Positions 26,922 through 36,251 of a stretch of DNA of 64,000 nucleotides are shown in pieces; within the stretch, counting starts at the first letter, position 1, and the number at the start of each line of letters is the position of its first letter. The notes below the pieces were generated by a model, which saw nothing but the letters and a program-made list of their open reading frames with translations, searched no databases and was not told the DNA's origin. The stretch is from Myxococcales bacterium (GTDB taxonomy: Bacteria > Myxococcota_A > UBA9042 > JABWCM01 > BTVJ01). Location of the stretch: the NCBI GenBank assembly GCA_045863395.1, contig BTVJ01000004.1, positions 64,001 to 128,000 of the forward strand. The letters run 5' to 3'. The position numbers were made by a program, and so were the translations under genes.

Positions 26922-28352
26922 ATGACGCACGACGAGATCACCGAGCTGCCGAAGCGGGAGCACCCCCGCGCCGCGACGCCCGACCGCCCTCGGCCGACCC
27001 TCGTGGTCGCCTGGTCACGGGAGGAGCCCGAGCGGGTGGGCGAGGTGGCCCCCGTTCCTGCTGCCGGGACGTGGACCCTGGGGCGCGGGGGCGACGGTGA
27101 CGCCGGGCGGCTGGAGCTCCAGCGGCAGCGGCCCGGCGAGGCGAGCACGACCGGCGGCCTGCGCGCGCCGGCCATCTCGCGCCAGCAGCTCCGGGTCTCC
27201 GCCATGGACGACCGGCTCCTGGTCGAAGGAGTCGGGCGCCTCCCGCTCCTGCGTGCAGGGGTGCCCGTCACGCAGGCGATCATCCGGCACGGGGACGTGC
27301 TCGAGGTACAAGGGCAGCTCGTGCTGCTGTGCGTCGAGCGTGGGCCGCTGCCTCCCGCACGGTATGTGCCCCGAGACCAGTGGCCCCCCTTCGGTCGCGC
27401 CGACCGCCACGGCGTCGTGGGCGAGAGCCCCGTAGCCTGGGAGCTGCGCGACCGCATCGCCTTCGTCGCCGCGCGCAAGGGCCACGTCCTGATCCTGGGG
27501 CCGAGCGGCGCTGGGAAGGAGCTGGCCGCCCGCGCCATCCACCGCCTCTCGGAGCGCTCCGCGCGCCCGCTCGTGGCGCGCAACGCGGCGACCTTCCCGG
27601 CGGGGCTCATCGACGCGGAGCTCTTCGGCAACGTCCGCGACTTCCCGAACCCGGGCATGCGGGAGCGCCCGGGCCTGGTCGGTGAGGCGGACGGCTCGAC
27701 GCTCTTCCTGGACGAGATTGGGGAGCTGCCGGCGGACCTCCAGGCCCACCTGCTTCGCGTGCTCGACGCGGACGGGGAGTACCAGCGCCTGGGCGAGCCG
27801 CGCCGCCGGACAGCGGACCTGCGGCTGGTGGCCGCGACGAATCGACCCGCGGAGACCCTGAAGGGAGACCTCGCGGCGCGCCTCCGCCACGTGATCGAGG
27901 TGCCGTCGCTGGCGCGGCGCCGCGAGGACCTCCCGCTGCTCGCCCGGGCGCTGCTGGAGCGGGCGGCGGAGGACGACCCGCACGTGGCGGAGCGCTTCTT
28001 CGACGGCGCCGTGCCGCGGGTGACCCCGGAGCTCCTGACCCTGCTGCTCAGCCAGCCCCTGGAGCTGAACCTGCGGGAGCTCGACGGCCTCCTCTGGCGC
28101 TCCATGGCCGAGAGCCGGGGCGACCGCCTGGAGGCCCCGACATTGCCCGACCGCCCGGACACCGACGGCGAGGACGCCCAGGCCGCCTCGGACGGCTTCA
28201 CCGACCCCGCCTCCGTCACGCCCGAGCAGCTCCAGGAGTGCCTCGACCGGCACGGCGGCGTCCAGGGGCCCGTGTGGCGGGAGCTGGGCTTCCGCAACCG
28301 CTACGTCCTGCAGCGGCTCATCCGCAAATACGACCTGCGCACGGTGGAGTGA
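26922..28352 (+). CDS. NtrC-type AAA+ enhancer-binding protein with N-terminal FHA-like domain and Fis-type HTH
   Basis: GPSGAGKE, ELFG, GSTLFLDEIGELP, RLVAATNR, NLREL. The GAFTGA loop is replaced by NVRDFPNPGM. Confidence 0.88.
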   Translation: MTHDEITELPKREHPRAATPDRPRPTLVVAWSREEPERVGEVAPVPAAGTWTLGRGGDGDAGRLELQRQRPGEASTTGGLRAPAISRQQLRVSAMDDRLLVEGVGRLPLLRAGVPVTQAIIRHGDVLEVQGQLVLLCVERGPLPPARYVPRDQWPPFGRADRHGVVGESPVAWELRDRIAFVAARKGHVLILGPSGAGKELAARAIHRLSERSARPLVARNAATFPAGLIDAELFGNVRDFPNPGMRERPGLVGEADGSTLFLDEIGELPADLQAHLLRVLDADGEYQRLGEPRRRTADLRLVAATNRPAETLKGDLAARLRHVIEVPSLARRREDLPLLARALLERAAEDDPHVAERFFDGAVPRVTPELLTLLLSQPLELNLRELDGLLWRSMAESRGDRLEAPTLPDRPDTDGEDAQAASDGFTDPASVTPEQLQECLDRHGGVQGPVWRELGFRNRYVLQRLIRKYDLRTVE

Positions 28353-28358
28353 GCCCCG

Positions 28359-29585
28359 CTACATCGGGTGGGCGATGAAGAACTCCATGAGCGCCTCGCC
28401 CCACGTGAAGGCGTTGGTCCCCAGGCAACCGTAGCCGAAGAGCTGGCCCGGGAGCCCGCCGTTGAGGTCGGCGCTGCCCGGGTAGCAGTGGCCGCCGAGG
28501 ATCGGGGAGCCGGCCTTGTAGTCGTGCTGCACGAACTCGAACAGCGCCCCCTCGCCCTCCCAGCGGGTCCAGAGGTGGTTCGGGTCCTGGGACACGACGG
28601 CCGTCTCGGTGAGCCCCCACGCGGCGACCACCGCGTCCCGCTGCTTCTTGGCGCAGTTGAAGGCGACCAGCGCGTCCTTGGTGCCGTGCATGAACAGGGT
28701 GGGGACGCGCCGCGAGGGGACGTCGCCGCCGGTGAAGGAGCACGCGCCGAAGCCCCCGCCCGCGCAGGCGGCGGCCGGCGCCACCGAGGCGAACAGGTCG
28801 GCGTGCTTGCAGAGGAAGCGCCAGGTCATGAACCCGCCCTGGGAGAAGCCGGTCATGTGGACGCGGGCCGGGTCGATCTTGAGCGCCACGATCACGTCGA
28901 GGAGGAAGCCATGGACCAGCGGGTCGTCGGCCTCGGACCAGCTCGACGCGGGCGGGTCCGGGGTGGCGTTGGGCTGAACCACGACGTAGCCGTGCTTCTC
29001 GCCGAGGGCCCGCAGCCCGGTGTTGGCGTCCTCCTGATCTCCGCTCATGGTCATGCCGTGGACGTCGAGGACCACGCCGCAGCCGCCGGAGACGCAGGCA
29101 GTGGGGATGTGCAGCTCGTAGGAGAGCCCCGCGCAGGGGAGGTGGTGGTGGCCGGCGGACGTGGTGGTGACGCAGCCTGCGGGCGTCGCGCCGTCGGGGC
29201 CGGTGCCTGACCCCGCGTCTGCGGGAGCGGCGACATCAGCGGAGTCTGAGGCGTCCGCGGGGAGGGCCGCGCCACCGGTGTCCGCATTGGCGTCTGCCGG
29301 AGCGTGGGGCCCGGCGTCTGCCGGTCCACCGCCAGAGTCCAAGGCCACCGCGTCTCCGACGGCGTCCTTGGGCAGAGCGCTCCCGCCCGCGTCCCCCGGG
29401 GCCACGTCGGCCAGAGCGCCGCCGCCCACGTCAGCACCGGCGTGAGGAGCGGCATCGCCCGCGGTCGCCACGTCTGTCGCCACGTCCGCCACGTCCGCCG
29501 CGTGCGCCGCATCCGTCGCAGCGTCGCTCCCCTCCGCCCCGCCACCACACGCCGCCACGAGGCCGAGCACCCACCACCGTCCCAT
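28359..29585 (-). CDS. Lipoprotein esterase, PHB-depolymerase/LpqC-like alpha/beta hydrolase
   Basis: Lipobox VAAC, long Asp/Ala linker, VHG, GFSQGG nucleophile elbow, HGTKD, GGH. Start inferred at ATG 29585. Confidence 0.85.
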   Translation of the reverse strand: MGRWWVLGLVAACGGGAEGSDAATDAAHAADVADVATDVATAGDAAPHAGADVGGGALADVAPGDAGGSALPKDAVGDAVALDSGGGPADAGPHAPADANADTGGAALPADASDSADVAAPADAGSGTGPDGATPAGCVTTTSAGHHHLPCAGLSYELHIPTACVSGGCGVVLDVHGMTMSGDQEDANTGLRALGEKHGYVVVQPNATPDPPASSWSEADDPLVHGFLLDVIVALKIDPARVHMTGFSQGGFMTWRFLCKHADLFASVAPAAACAGGGFGACSFTGGDVPSRRVPTLFMHGTKDALVAFNCAKKQRDAVVAAWGLTETAVVSQDPNHLWTRWEGEGALFEFVQHDYKAGSPILGGHCYPGSADLNGGLPGQLFGYGCLGTNAFTWGEALMEFFIAHPM

Positions 29586-29678
29586 GAGCACCTCCCGATG
29601 CGGGTCATGATACTCCTGTGACCCCGCCGCGCCCAACCCTCCGCGATCTGCTATCCTCCGGCTGCCACGGAGGCGCGG

Positions 29679-30272
29679 TTGCCCACTCTCCGCATCGAGG
29701 ACGTCCGGTATGGGAGCTTCGGCCCGGTGACCCTCACCGTCGGGCCGGCCGAGTGCGTGTGCCTCCGAGGTGCGTCGGGCAGCGGCAAGTCGCGCCTGCT
29801 GCGCGCGCTGGCGGATCTGGACCCCCACGAGGGGGCAGTGTCCCTCGACGGCGCCCTCGCCTCCGCCATGCCGCCCCCGCTCTGGCGCCGCCAGGTGGGG
29901 CTCCTCCCGGCGGACAGCCACTGGTGGAACGACACGGTGGGGGAGCACCTCCCGGACACCGCCCTGCTGCTCCAGGTGGGCTTCGGCGACGACGTGCTCT
30001 CCTGGCGCGTCGACCGCCTCTCGTCGGGCGAGAGGCAGCGCCTCGCCCTGGTCCGCCTGCTGGCCGGCCAGCCTCGCGCGCTGCTCCTCGACGAGCCGAC
30101 GGCCAACCTGGACCCGGCGAGCGCCCGAGACGTGGAGGCGCTCATCGCCAGGTGGCGCCTCCAGCACGAGGCGCCTGTGCTCTGGGTCACCCACGACGAC
30201 GCGCAGGCCGCTCGCGTCGCCGACCGGCGCTTCGTCTTGGAGGGTGGAGTGCTCGTGCCGGACTCCTCGTGA
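29679..30272 (+). CDS. ABC transporter ATP-binding protein, FetA/YbbL-like
   Basis: GASGSGKS, LSSGERQR, LLLDEPTANLD, WVTHD. Upstream of a FetB-like permease. Confidence 0.88.
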   Translation: MPTLRIEDVRYGSFGPVTLTVGPAECVCLRGASGSGKSRLLRALADLDPHEGAVSLDGALASAMPPPLWRRQVGLLPADSHWWNDTVGEHLPDTALLLQVGFGDDVLSWRVDRLSSGERQRLALVRLLAGQPRALLLDEPTANLDPASARDVEALIARWRLQHEAPVLWVTHDDAQAARVADRRFVLEGGVLVPDSS

Positions 30273-30330
30273 CGGTGAGGACCCACCCAAAGCCTGCGTC
30301 CAGAGGCGCCATACGTCCAAGGAGCCGTGA

Positions 30331-31122
30331 TTGATCACCCTCTCCACCCTCGATCTCTCCATCGCGGCCTCCCTCGTCGTCGCGCTCGCCCTCCTTGCGT
30401 CGCAGGTCCAGCGCAGCCTCGGGGTGCAGCTCGCGGTGGCCGCCGTGCGGACGACGGTGCAGCTCAGCCTCATCGGGCTGGTGCTCAAGGCGCTCTTCGC
30501 CCACGTCCATGTCGGGTGGGTGTCCCTGATGGCGCTGGTCATGCTCCTCGCGGCGGGCCGGGAGGTGTGGGCGCGGCAGCGCCGGCGCCTCGCGGGCGCC
30601 TGGGGCTACGGCGTCGGCACGGTGAGCATGTTCCTGTCGTCGTTCACGGTGACCGTGTTCGCGCTCGTGGCCGTCGTGGGGACCGACCCCTGGTACGAGC
30701 CCCAGTACGCGATCCCCCTGCTCGGCATGTTGCTCGGCAACACGATGAACGGCATCGCCATCGCCCAGGACCGGCTCAACGAGGGCGCCTGGAGGCGCCG
30801 CGGCGAGATCGAGGCGCGCCTCGTGCTCGGACACACCGCCCACGAGGCCATCGGCGACCTCCGCCGTGAGAGCGTCCGTGCGGGTCTCATCCCCATCATC
30901 AACGGCATGGCCGCGGCGGGGCTCGTCAGCCTGCCGGGCATGATGACGGGCCAGATCCTGTCCGGCTCCCCGCCCGACGAGGCCGTCAAGTACCAGATCC
31001 TCATCATGTTCCTCATCGCCGTGGGCACGGGCCTCGGCACGCTGGCCGCCGTCTCCGCGACGACCCGCCGCCTCTTCGACGAGCGCCAGCGGCTGCGCCT
31101 GGACCGCCTCGCGCCCGTGTGA
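30331..31122 (+). CDS. fetB: UPF0014 family ABC permease FetB/YbbM
   Basis: RTTVQL..IG, YAIPLLGMLLGNTM, IEARLVLG, GLVSLPGMMTGQILSG..P..AVKYQI. Confidence 0.9.
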   Translation: MITLSTLDLSIAASLVVALALLASQVQRSLGVQLAVAAVRTTVQLSLIGLVLKALFAHVHVGWVSLMALVMLLAAGREVWARQRRRLAGAWGYGVGTVSMFLSSFTVTVFALVAVVGTDPWYEPQYAIPLLGMLLGNTMNGIAIAQDRLNEGAWRRRGEIEARLVLGHTAHEAIGDLRRESVRAGLIPIINGMAAAGLVSLPGMMTGQILSGSPPDEAVKYQILIMFLIAVGTGLGTLAAVSATTRRLFDERQRLRLDRLAPV

Positions 31123-31184
31123 CTGTTGCTCCGCGCGCCGGCTGTGGCACACTGGTCCCGTCCTGCCCGCCAGGAGGAGACCGC

Positions 31185-31835
31185 ATGAAGCTCACTACAT
31201 CCATCGCCTGCCTCGCACTGCTCGCCGGGTGCCTCGATGATGCCGTGGAGCCGTCCCCCGGCGTCGCCCTGAAGAGGACCACCGCGCTTCCGGCTGCCCC
31301 GGCGGCAGCGGAGGCCCCACCGAGCGAGGAGCCCATGGAGCCCGCCCCGACAGCCCCGGCGCCCCAGCCTCCCCCCGGCTTCTCGTGGGTCGAAGACGGC
31401 GTGATCGCAGGCCTCGCCCACCCGGGCGCCGGCCCCCTCGGCGAGGCGCGCCTCGCCTGGCTCTCCGCTCAGGGCGTCGATGTGCTGGTGTCGCTCACCG
31501 AGACTCCGGTGCCCCCTACGTCAGTGTCCGCCCACGGCATGACCCCGGCGCACATCCCCGTCGTGGACTTCACGGCGCCGACCCAGGAGCAGCTCGACCA
31601 GTTCGTCGCCCTCGCCCAGACGGCGCGGGACGCCGACCGGCCCGTCGCGGTCCACTGCGCGGGAGGCATGGGCCGCACGGGCACGTTCCTGGCCACCTGG
31701 CTCGTCGCCCAAGGCATGACCGCGGAGCAGGCCATCGTCAAGATCCGCGAGCTGCGCCCCGGCTCCATCGAGACCGCCTCCCAGGAGGCCGCCGTCGCCA
31801 CGTGGGCCCAGCGCCACCCAACGAACGCCCCCTGA
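31185..31835 (+). CDS. Dual-specificity/PTP-family phosphatase with lipoprotein signal
   Basis: Lipobox LAGC, FSWV, DFTAP, CX5R loop HCAGGMGRT, RPGSIET..QE. RBS AGGAGG. Confidence 0.88.
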   Translation: MKLTTSIACLALLAGCLDDAVEPSPGVALKRTTALPAAPAAAEAPPSEEPMEPAPTAPAPQPPPGFSWVEDGVIAGLAHPGAGPLGEARLAWLSAQGVDVLVSLTETPVPPTSVSAHGMTPAHIPVVDFTAPTQEQLDQFVALAQTARDADRPVAVHCAGGMGRTGTFLATWLVAQGMTAEQAIVKIRELRPGSIETASQEAAVATWAQRHPTNAP

Positions 31836-31878
31836 TCCCGGAACCCGCTGCAATCTTGCGCCCTTTCCCGCCGCGCCC

Positions 31879-31906
31879 TTGACCCGCCCGGGCCCGACCC
31901 CACAAT
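31879..31906 (+). promoter_or_regulatory. Putative sigma70 promoter of the metallophosphoesterase
   Basis: TTGACC-N16-CACAAT, overlapped by a CCCCAC/GTGGGG inverted repeat. Confidence 0.4.
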
Positions 31907-31944
31907 GAATCAGTGGGGCCGCCGCCTCCTCAACGGGAAATGCC

Positions 31945-32649
31945 ATGAAGATCGCCGTCATCAGCGACCTGCACATCGGGGCCGGGGGCCGGGTCGACCG
32001 CTTCGGCCATGAGGAGGCGTCCTTCCTGCGCTTCCTGGACTTCCTCGCCGCCTCCTTCGAGCGAGTGGTGGTCCTCGGCGACGCCCTGGAGCTGCTGCAC
32101 GGCCCTCGCCCCGGCGCCTACCGCGCCCAGGTGGAGGCGATCCGCGCCGCCCGACCGCGCCTCTTCCAGCGCCTGATGTCGCCGCCGTTCACCTACGTGC
32201 ACGGCAACCACGACCTGGCGGCAGGGCGCCTGCTGAGCGCGCCCTCCGAGCTGGTCATCGAGGCCGGGGACGCCCGGGTGCTCCTGCTTCATGGCCACCA
32301 AGGAGACTTCATCGTCAGGCACGCCTACCCGGTGGCCGCCTTCCTGAGCTGGGTCGGCGGCATGGTGGAGCGGGTCGTCGGGCCGCGCCTCGCCCGGTGG
32401 CTCGACGACGTGGACCACCTGGTCACGAGCCCGAAGCGCACCGCGGACTGCCCCTTCCAGCAGTGGGCGGTCGCCCAGGCGCACCGTCACGCGGCCGACG
32501 TGGTGGTCACGGGCCACACCCACGTGCCCGTCGTCGCGGAGCACGGCGACCGCGTCTTCATGAACAGCGGCACCTGCTCCCGCGGGCGCTTCGACTTCCT
32601 GGCCATCGACACGGCGACCGGCACGTTCCAGCACCACGAGCGCTGGTAG
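31945..32649 (+). CDS. Calcineurin-like metallophosphoesterase (LpxH-like)
   Basis: SDLH, GD, GNHD, HGH and GHTH motifs. Confidence 0.9.
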   Translation: MKIAVISDLHIGAGGRVDRFGHEEASFLRFLDFLAASFERVVVLGDALELLHGPRPGAYRAQVEAIRAARPRLFQRLMSPPFTYVHGNHDLAAGRLLSAPSELVIEAGDARVLLLHGHQGDFIVRHAYPVAAFLSWVGGMVERVVGPRLARWLDDVDHLVTSPKRTADCPFQQWAVAQAHRHAADVVVTGHTHVPVVAEHGDRVFMNSGTCSRGRFDFLAIDTATGTFQHHERW

Positions 32650-32747
32650 CGCCTGGGCCCCCGTCCCCACCCGCGCGTTGCCTCGCCATCCGTGGAATAC
32701 GCCATGGACCCGCGGTAGGAGCCCCCATCTGAGCCCCGCCGGGGCGA

Positions 32748-32776
32748 TTGACAGCAGGACCTGGGTCGGCCAGCAT
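32748..32776 (+). promoter_or_regulatory. Putative sigma70 promoter of the PTS-IIA/antiporter operon
   Basis: Consensus TTGACA-N17-CAGCAT, 7 nt before ATG 32784, with no SD sequence. Confidence 0.55.
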
Positions 32777-32783
32777 CGCGGGC

Positions 32784-33608
32784 ATGGTTGCACTCCTCCC
32801 CGACTCCAGCCGCATCCGCACGCGACTCGCGGCCCAGTCTCTCGATGACGTCCTGGCGGCTGCCGCGACCGTGATCGCGCCCACGGACCCTGCGCGCGCG
32901 GCAGCCGTGCTCGGCGCGCTGCGCTCCAGCACCGCCGCGCACGGCTTGGGGCTTGGCGAAGGTGTAGCGGCCCCGCACGCAGAGGTCGCGGGGCTCGACC
33001 AGGCGGTGTGCGCGCTGATCGTGACGACGAGACCGCTGGACGTGGGCGCACCGGACGCGGAGCCCGCCGACCTGTTCTTCGTCGTCGTGGCGCCGCCAGA
33101 CGATCCGGGCGGGCACCTCCATGCCCTCGCACGGGTCGCCCGCCTCGCCACGAGGCCCCTCCTGCGCAGAGGCTTGCGCCAGGCTGCGACGGCGGAGGAG
33201 GCCCAGGCCCTCATCGATGCCGCGGAGGCACGTGAGGGCCGGGGGACGGCCCCGCAGCTCGCAGCCGCTGGCGACGCCCTGGCCGTGCTGACGGTCGTCG
33301 GCGAGCGCATGACCGACCGCCTTATGGTGACGCTGGTCGAGGCGGGCTTTGGCGACGCGACGGTGCTGGAGGCCCAGAGCGCGGAGGAGGCCGTCACCCA
33401 GGAGGTGCCCCTCTTCTCAAGCCTCAGGGACTTGTTCGCTGACCCGGGCGGGCGTCGCGTCGTGCTCCTGGAGGTCTCGCGCGACCGGGTCGCCGCCTTG
33501 AAGGCAGCCGTCCTCTCGTTACGGTCACCCGATGCGCGGGAGTCGGCGCGCATGTCGCTGATCCCCCTCCTCGAGGTCGTGACGGCGCCGGCCAGCGACC
33601 TGTCATGA
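32784..33608 (+). CDS. PTS EIIA(Ntr/Fru)-like domain protein with an additional C-terminal domain
   Basis: GLGEGVAAPHA (phospho-His motif), APDAEPADLFF, HLHALARVARL. Confidence 0.8.
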   Translation: MVALLPDSSRIRTRLAAQSLDDVLAAAATVIAPTDPARAAAVLGALRSSTAAHGLGLGEGVAAPHAEVAGLDQAVCALIVTTRPLDVGAPDAEPADLFFVVVAPPDDPGGHLHALARVARLATRPLLRRGLRQAATAEEAQALIDAAEAREGRGTAPQLAAAGDALAVLTVVGERMTDRLMVTLVEAGFGDATVLEAQSAEEAVTQEVPLFSSLRDLFADPGGRRVVLLEVSRDRVAALKAAVLSLRSPDARESARMSLIPLLEVVTAPASDLS

Positions 33609-34819
33609 GCGCCGGTGGCATCCTTGCCGTCCTGATCGCCCTGGTCGCCATCACGATGTGGCGGCCCCTCCGCGCAGTCCGCGCGGCGCTGGATGTGTCC
33701 CATCTGCTTGCCACCGGGCACGCCTTCCTGGTGCTCGGGGTGCTCCTGGGCCTCACCATGGACCACCCCACGGAGCGGGCCCTGACGTCGGAGTTGACTC
33801 CGCTCGTCTCCTTCGTCACGGGCTGGATCGGCTTCTCGGTCGGCGTCGGCTTCGAGCTGAAGGCGCTCCGGCGGATGCCCGGTCGCCTCCTCGCCGTAGC
33901 GTGGACACCGGCCGTGGCGGCCACCGCCGTGGTCGGAGTGAGCGCGTGGCCCATGCTCCGGGCCGCGGGCGCAACGCTGGCGGAGTCGACGGGCGCGGCG
34001 CTCGTCGTAGGTCTCGCCGCCGCCAACAGCGCCCCCACTCTGGCCGCCATGCTTCGCCGGCGACGAGCCGGGCGCCTCGCAGACGTGCGCCCGACCCTCC
34101 GAATGGTCGAGCTGTCGGCCACACTGGACGACGCCCTGGTCGTGCTGCTGACGCTCGTTGCCTTTGCGCTGCTGCGCCCACCCCAGGAGGGCACTGGCCC
34201 GCTGGAGATCATCGGGCTCAGCCTCGGCGCGGGCGTCGTGCTCGGGGTGAGCGCCATGCTCCTGCTGCGGGGCCGCGCCTCCGACGACGAGCGCCTGCTG
34301 CTGGGCTTTGCCGTCCTGACCCTGGCTGCGGGTGTCGCAGCGTGGCTTCGAGTGTCTCCCACCGCGCTGGCCGCGACCGCCGGCTTCGTCCTGGTGAACG
34401 CTGCGGGCGAACGGGCCGCATCCCTGGTGGCGGTCATCCGAAAGGCGGAGCGCCCCGCGCTGGTCGTCCTGATGACCGTCATCGGGGTCCATACGGCGCA
34501 CGCAGCAAGCTGGCTGGCCCTGAGCATCCTGGGACTGATGACCATCGGGCGCGGAGCGGCCAAGCTGGCCAGCGGTCGCGCGCTCCTTCGGATACAGGTC
34601 CCCGTCGGCGGCCCGCTCGCCCGGAGCTGGGCCCTCGGCCTCGCGCCGCAGGGAGCGCTCGGCCTCCTCGTCGCGCTCACGCTGTTTCACGTGTGGCCGA
34701 GCGAGCTGGCGCGCGCCGTCCTGGGCGCAGTCGCCGTGGCGAGCCTGCTCAACGAGGCCGCCGCTCCTGCGCTTCTGGCACGCGCGGTCCGCACGGCGAG
34801 ACGCGAGGCGCCCGCATGA
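33605..34819 (+). CDS. Cation:proton antiporter-like membrane protein (CPA, divergent)
   Basis: About 12 TMs, GFEL, LAPQG. ATGA coupling on both sides. Confidence 0.75.
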   Translation: MSAGGILAVLIALVAITMWRPLRAVRAALDVSHLLATGHAFLVLGVLLGLTMDHPTERALTSELTPLVSFVTGWIGFSVGVGFELKALRRMPGRLLAVAWTPAVAATAVVGVSAWPMLRAAGATLAESTGAALVVGLAAANSAPTLAAMLRRRRAGRLADVRPTLRMVELSATLDDALVVLLTLVAFALLRPPQEGTGPLEIIGLSLGAGVVLGVSAMLLLRGRASDDERLLLGFAVLTLAAGVAAWLRVSPTALAATAGFVLVNAAGERAASLVAVIRKAERPALVVLMTVIGVHTAHAASWLALSILGLMTIGRGAAKLASGRALLRIQVPVGGPLARSWALGLAPQGALGLLVALTLFHVWPSELARAVLGAVAVASLLNEAAAPALLARAVRTARREAPA

Positions 34820-36168
34820 TCGTCGAGCGGCTGTTGGGCCGCATCGTCCCCCTGCTCCTGTGCACTGGCCTGGTGGTGTTGCTGCGCTTCGGCGACGTGA
34901 CGGCGCCCGTGTCGGGGGCACAGGGGGCGCCGATGGCCATCGGGTACCTGCTGCTCGCCGCCTACCTCGGTGGCAAGTCCGCCAAGGCGCTGGGGCTCCC
35001 GCGCATCACGGGCTATCTGATCGTCGGCGTCCTGGTGGGTCCCTACGCGTCGGGCCTGCTCCAGCGGGACGTCCTGGCCGCTGCCCGCGTCGTCGAGGGC
35101 ATCGCCGTCGCGCTGATCGCGCTGGCGGCAGGGGGCGAGCTCCGCATCGCCTGGGTGCGGCAGCACGCGCGCCGCGTCGCGGTGCTCGTTGCGCTGGCCT
35201 TGGCGACCGTGTGGATCGGGGTCGTGGCGCTGCTGCTCCTGGGACGCTCCTGGTTCCCGTTCCTGGACGGGGCGTCAGCCGTGGAGGCGGTCGCCATCGC
35301 CGTCGTGTTCGGAGCCATCGCGGTCTCGTGCTCGCCCATGGTCACGCTGGCCGTGCTCAACGAGAACCGGGCGGACGGTCCACTGTCCCGCACGACCTTG
35401 GGCGTCGTCATCCTGATGGACATCGCGGTGATCGTGCTCTTCGCCGCGTCGCTGGCCGCCGCGCGGAGCATACTCGGCGGCGAGCAGGGAGGCGCCTCCC
35501 TGGCGACGGTGCTCGCCCGAGAGCTCGGCGGGTCCATCGTCGCGGGCTTCGTCGTGGGCGTCGGAGTCATCCTGTTCCTGCGCACCATTGGCCGTGACGT
35601 GGCGGTCTTCGTGCTCGGGCTGTGCTACGGCATCTCCCAGGTCTCCGATGCCCTGCACTTGGAGCCGCTGCTGGTGGCGCTGGCCGCCGGCTTCGTCGTC
35701 GAGAACTTCTCCGGGGGCCTTGGCCACCGGCTCATTGAAGGCGTCGAGCGCATGGCGCTGCCCATCTTCGCGCTGTTCTTCGCCGTGGCCGGCGCGAAGG
35801 TCGACCTGGGCGCTCTGGCGACCGTCGGCCCGCTCGCCGTGATGGTCGCCGTGGTCCGAGCCGTCCTCATGCGCGCCGGGACGCGCCTCGGGGCGCGGCT
35901 CTCGGGCGCCGACCCGGTCGTCGCCAGGGATCTGTGGCTCGGGCTGATCAGCCAGGCCGGGGTATCCCTGGCGCTTGCGGCCACAGTTGCCCGCGCGTTC
36001 CCCGAGTGGGGCGGCTCTCTCCAGGCCATGGTGCTCGCGATGATCGCCGTGCACGAGCTGGTCGGCCCGGTGGTGTTCCAGCGCGCTCTGGCTCGCTCGG
36101 GAGAGATCGGGCGCGCTTCACACGGCTCCGCCGCCCCCCCCGCCCCTAGAGCGACCCACGCAGCCTGA
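34816..36168 (+). CDS. Cation:proton antiporter (Na+/H+ exchanger family)
   Basis: LPRITGYLIVG.LVGP, IALAAGGEL, SP.VT.AV..E, MD, FFAVAGA, LISQAGVSL, HELVGP. Confidence 0.88.
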   Translation: MIVERLLGRIVPLLLCTGLVVLLRFGDVTAPVSGAQGAPMAIGYLLLAAYLGGKSAKALGLPRITGYLIVGVLVGPYASGLLQRDVLAAARVVEGIAVALIALAAGGELRIAWVRQHARRVAVLVALALATVWIGVVALLLLGRSWFPFLDGASAVEAVAIAVVFGAIAVSCSPMVTLAVLNENRADGPLSRTTLGVVILMDIAVIVLFAASLAAARSILGGEQGGASLATVLARELGGSIVAGFVVGVGVILFLRTIGRDVAVFVLGLCYGISQVSDALHLEPLLVALAAGFVVENFSGGLGHRLIEGVERMALPIFALFFAVAGAKVDLGALATVGPLAVMVAVVRAVLMRAGTRLGARLSGADPVVARDLWLGLISQAGVSLALAATVARAFPEWGGSLQAMVLAMIAVHELVGPVVFQRALARSGEIGRASHGSAAPPAPRATHAA

Positions 36169-36251
36169 GTGCGACCAAGCGTGAGTCTGCGCTTGCTTCG
36201 AGCGACCGGCTGGGACTACGATGCTCCCAACGACAACCTCAGGAGCCCGCC

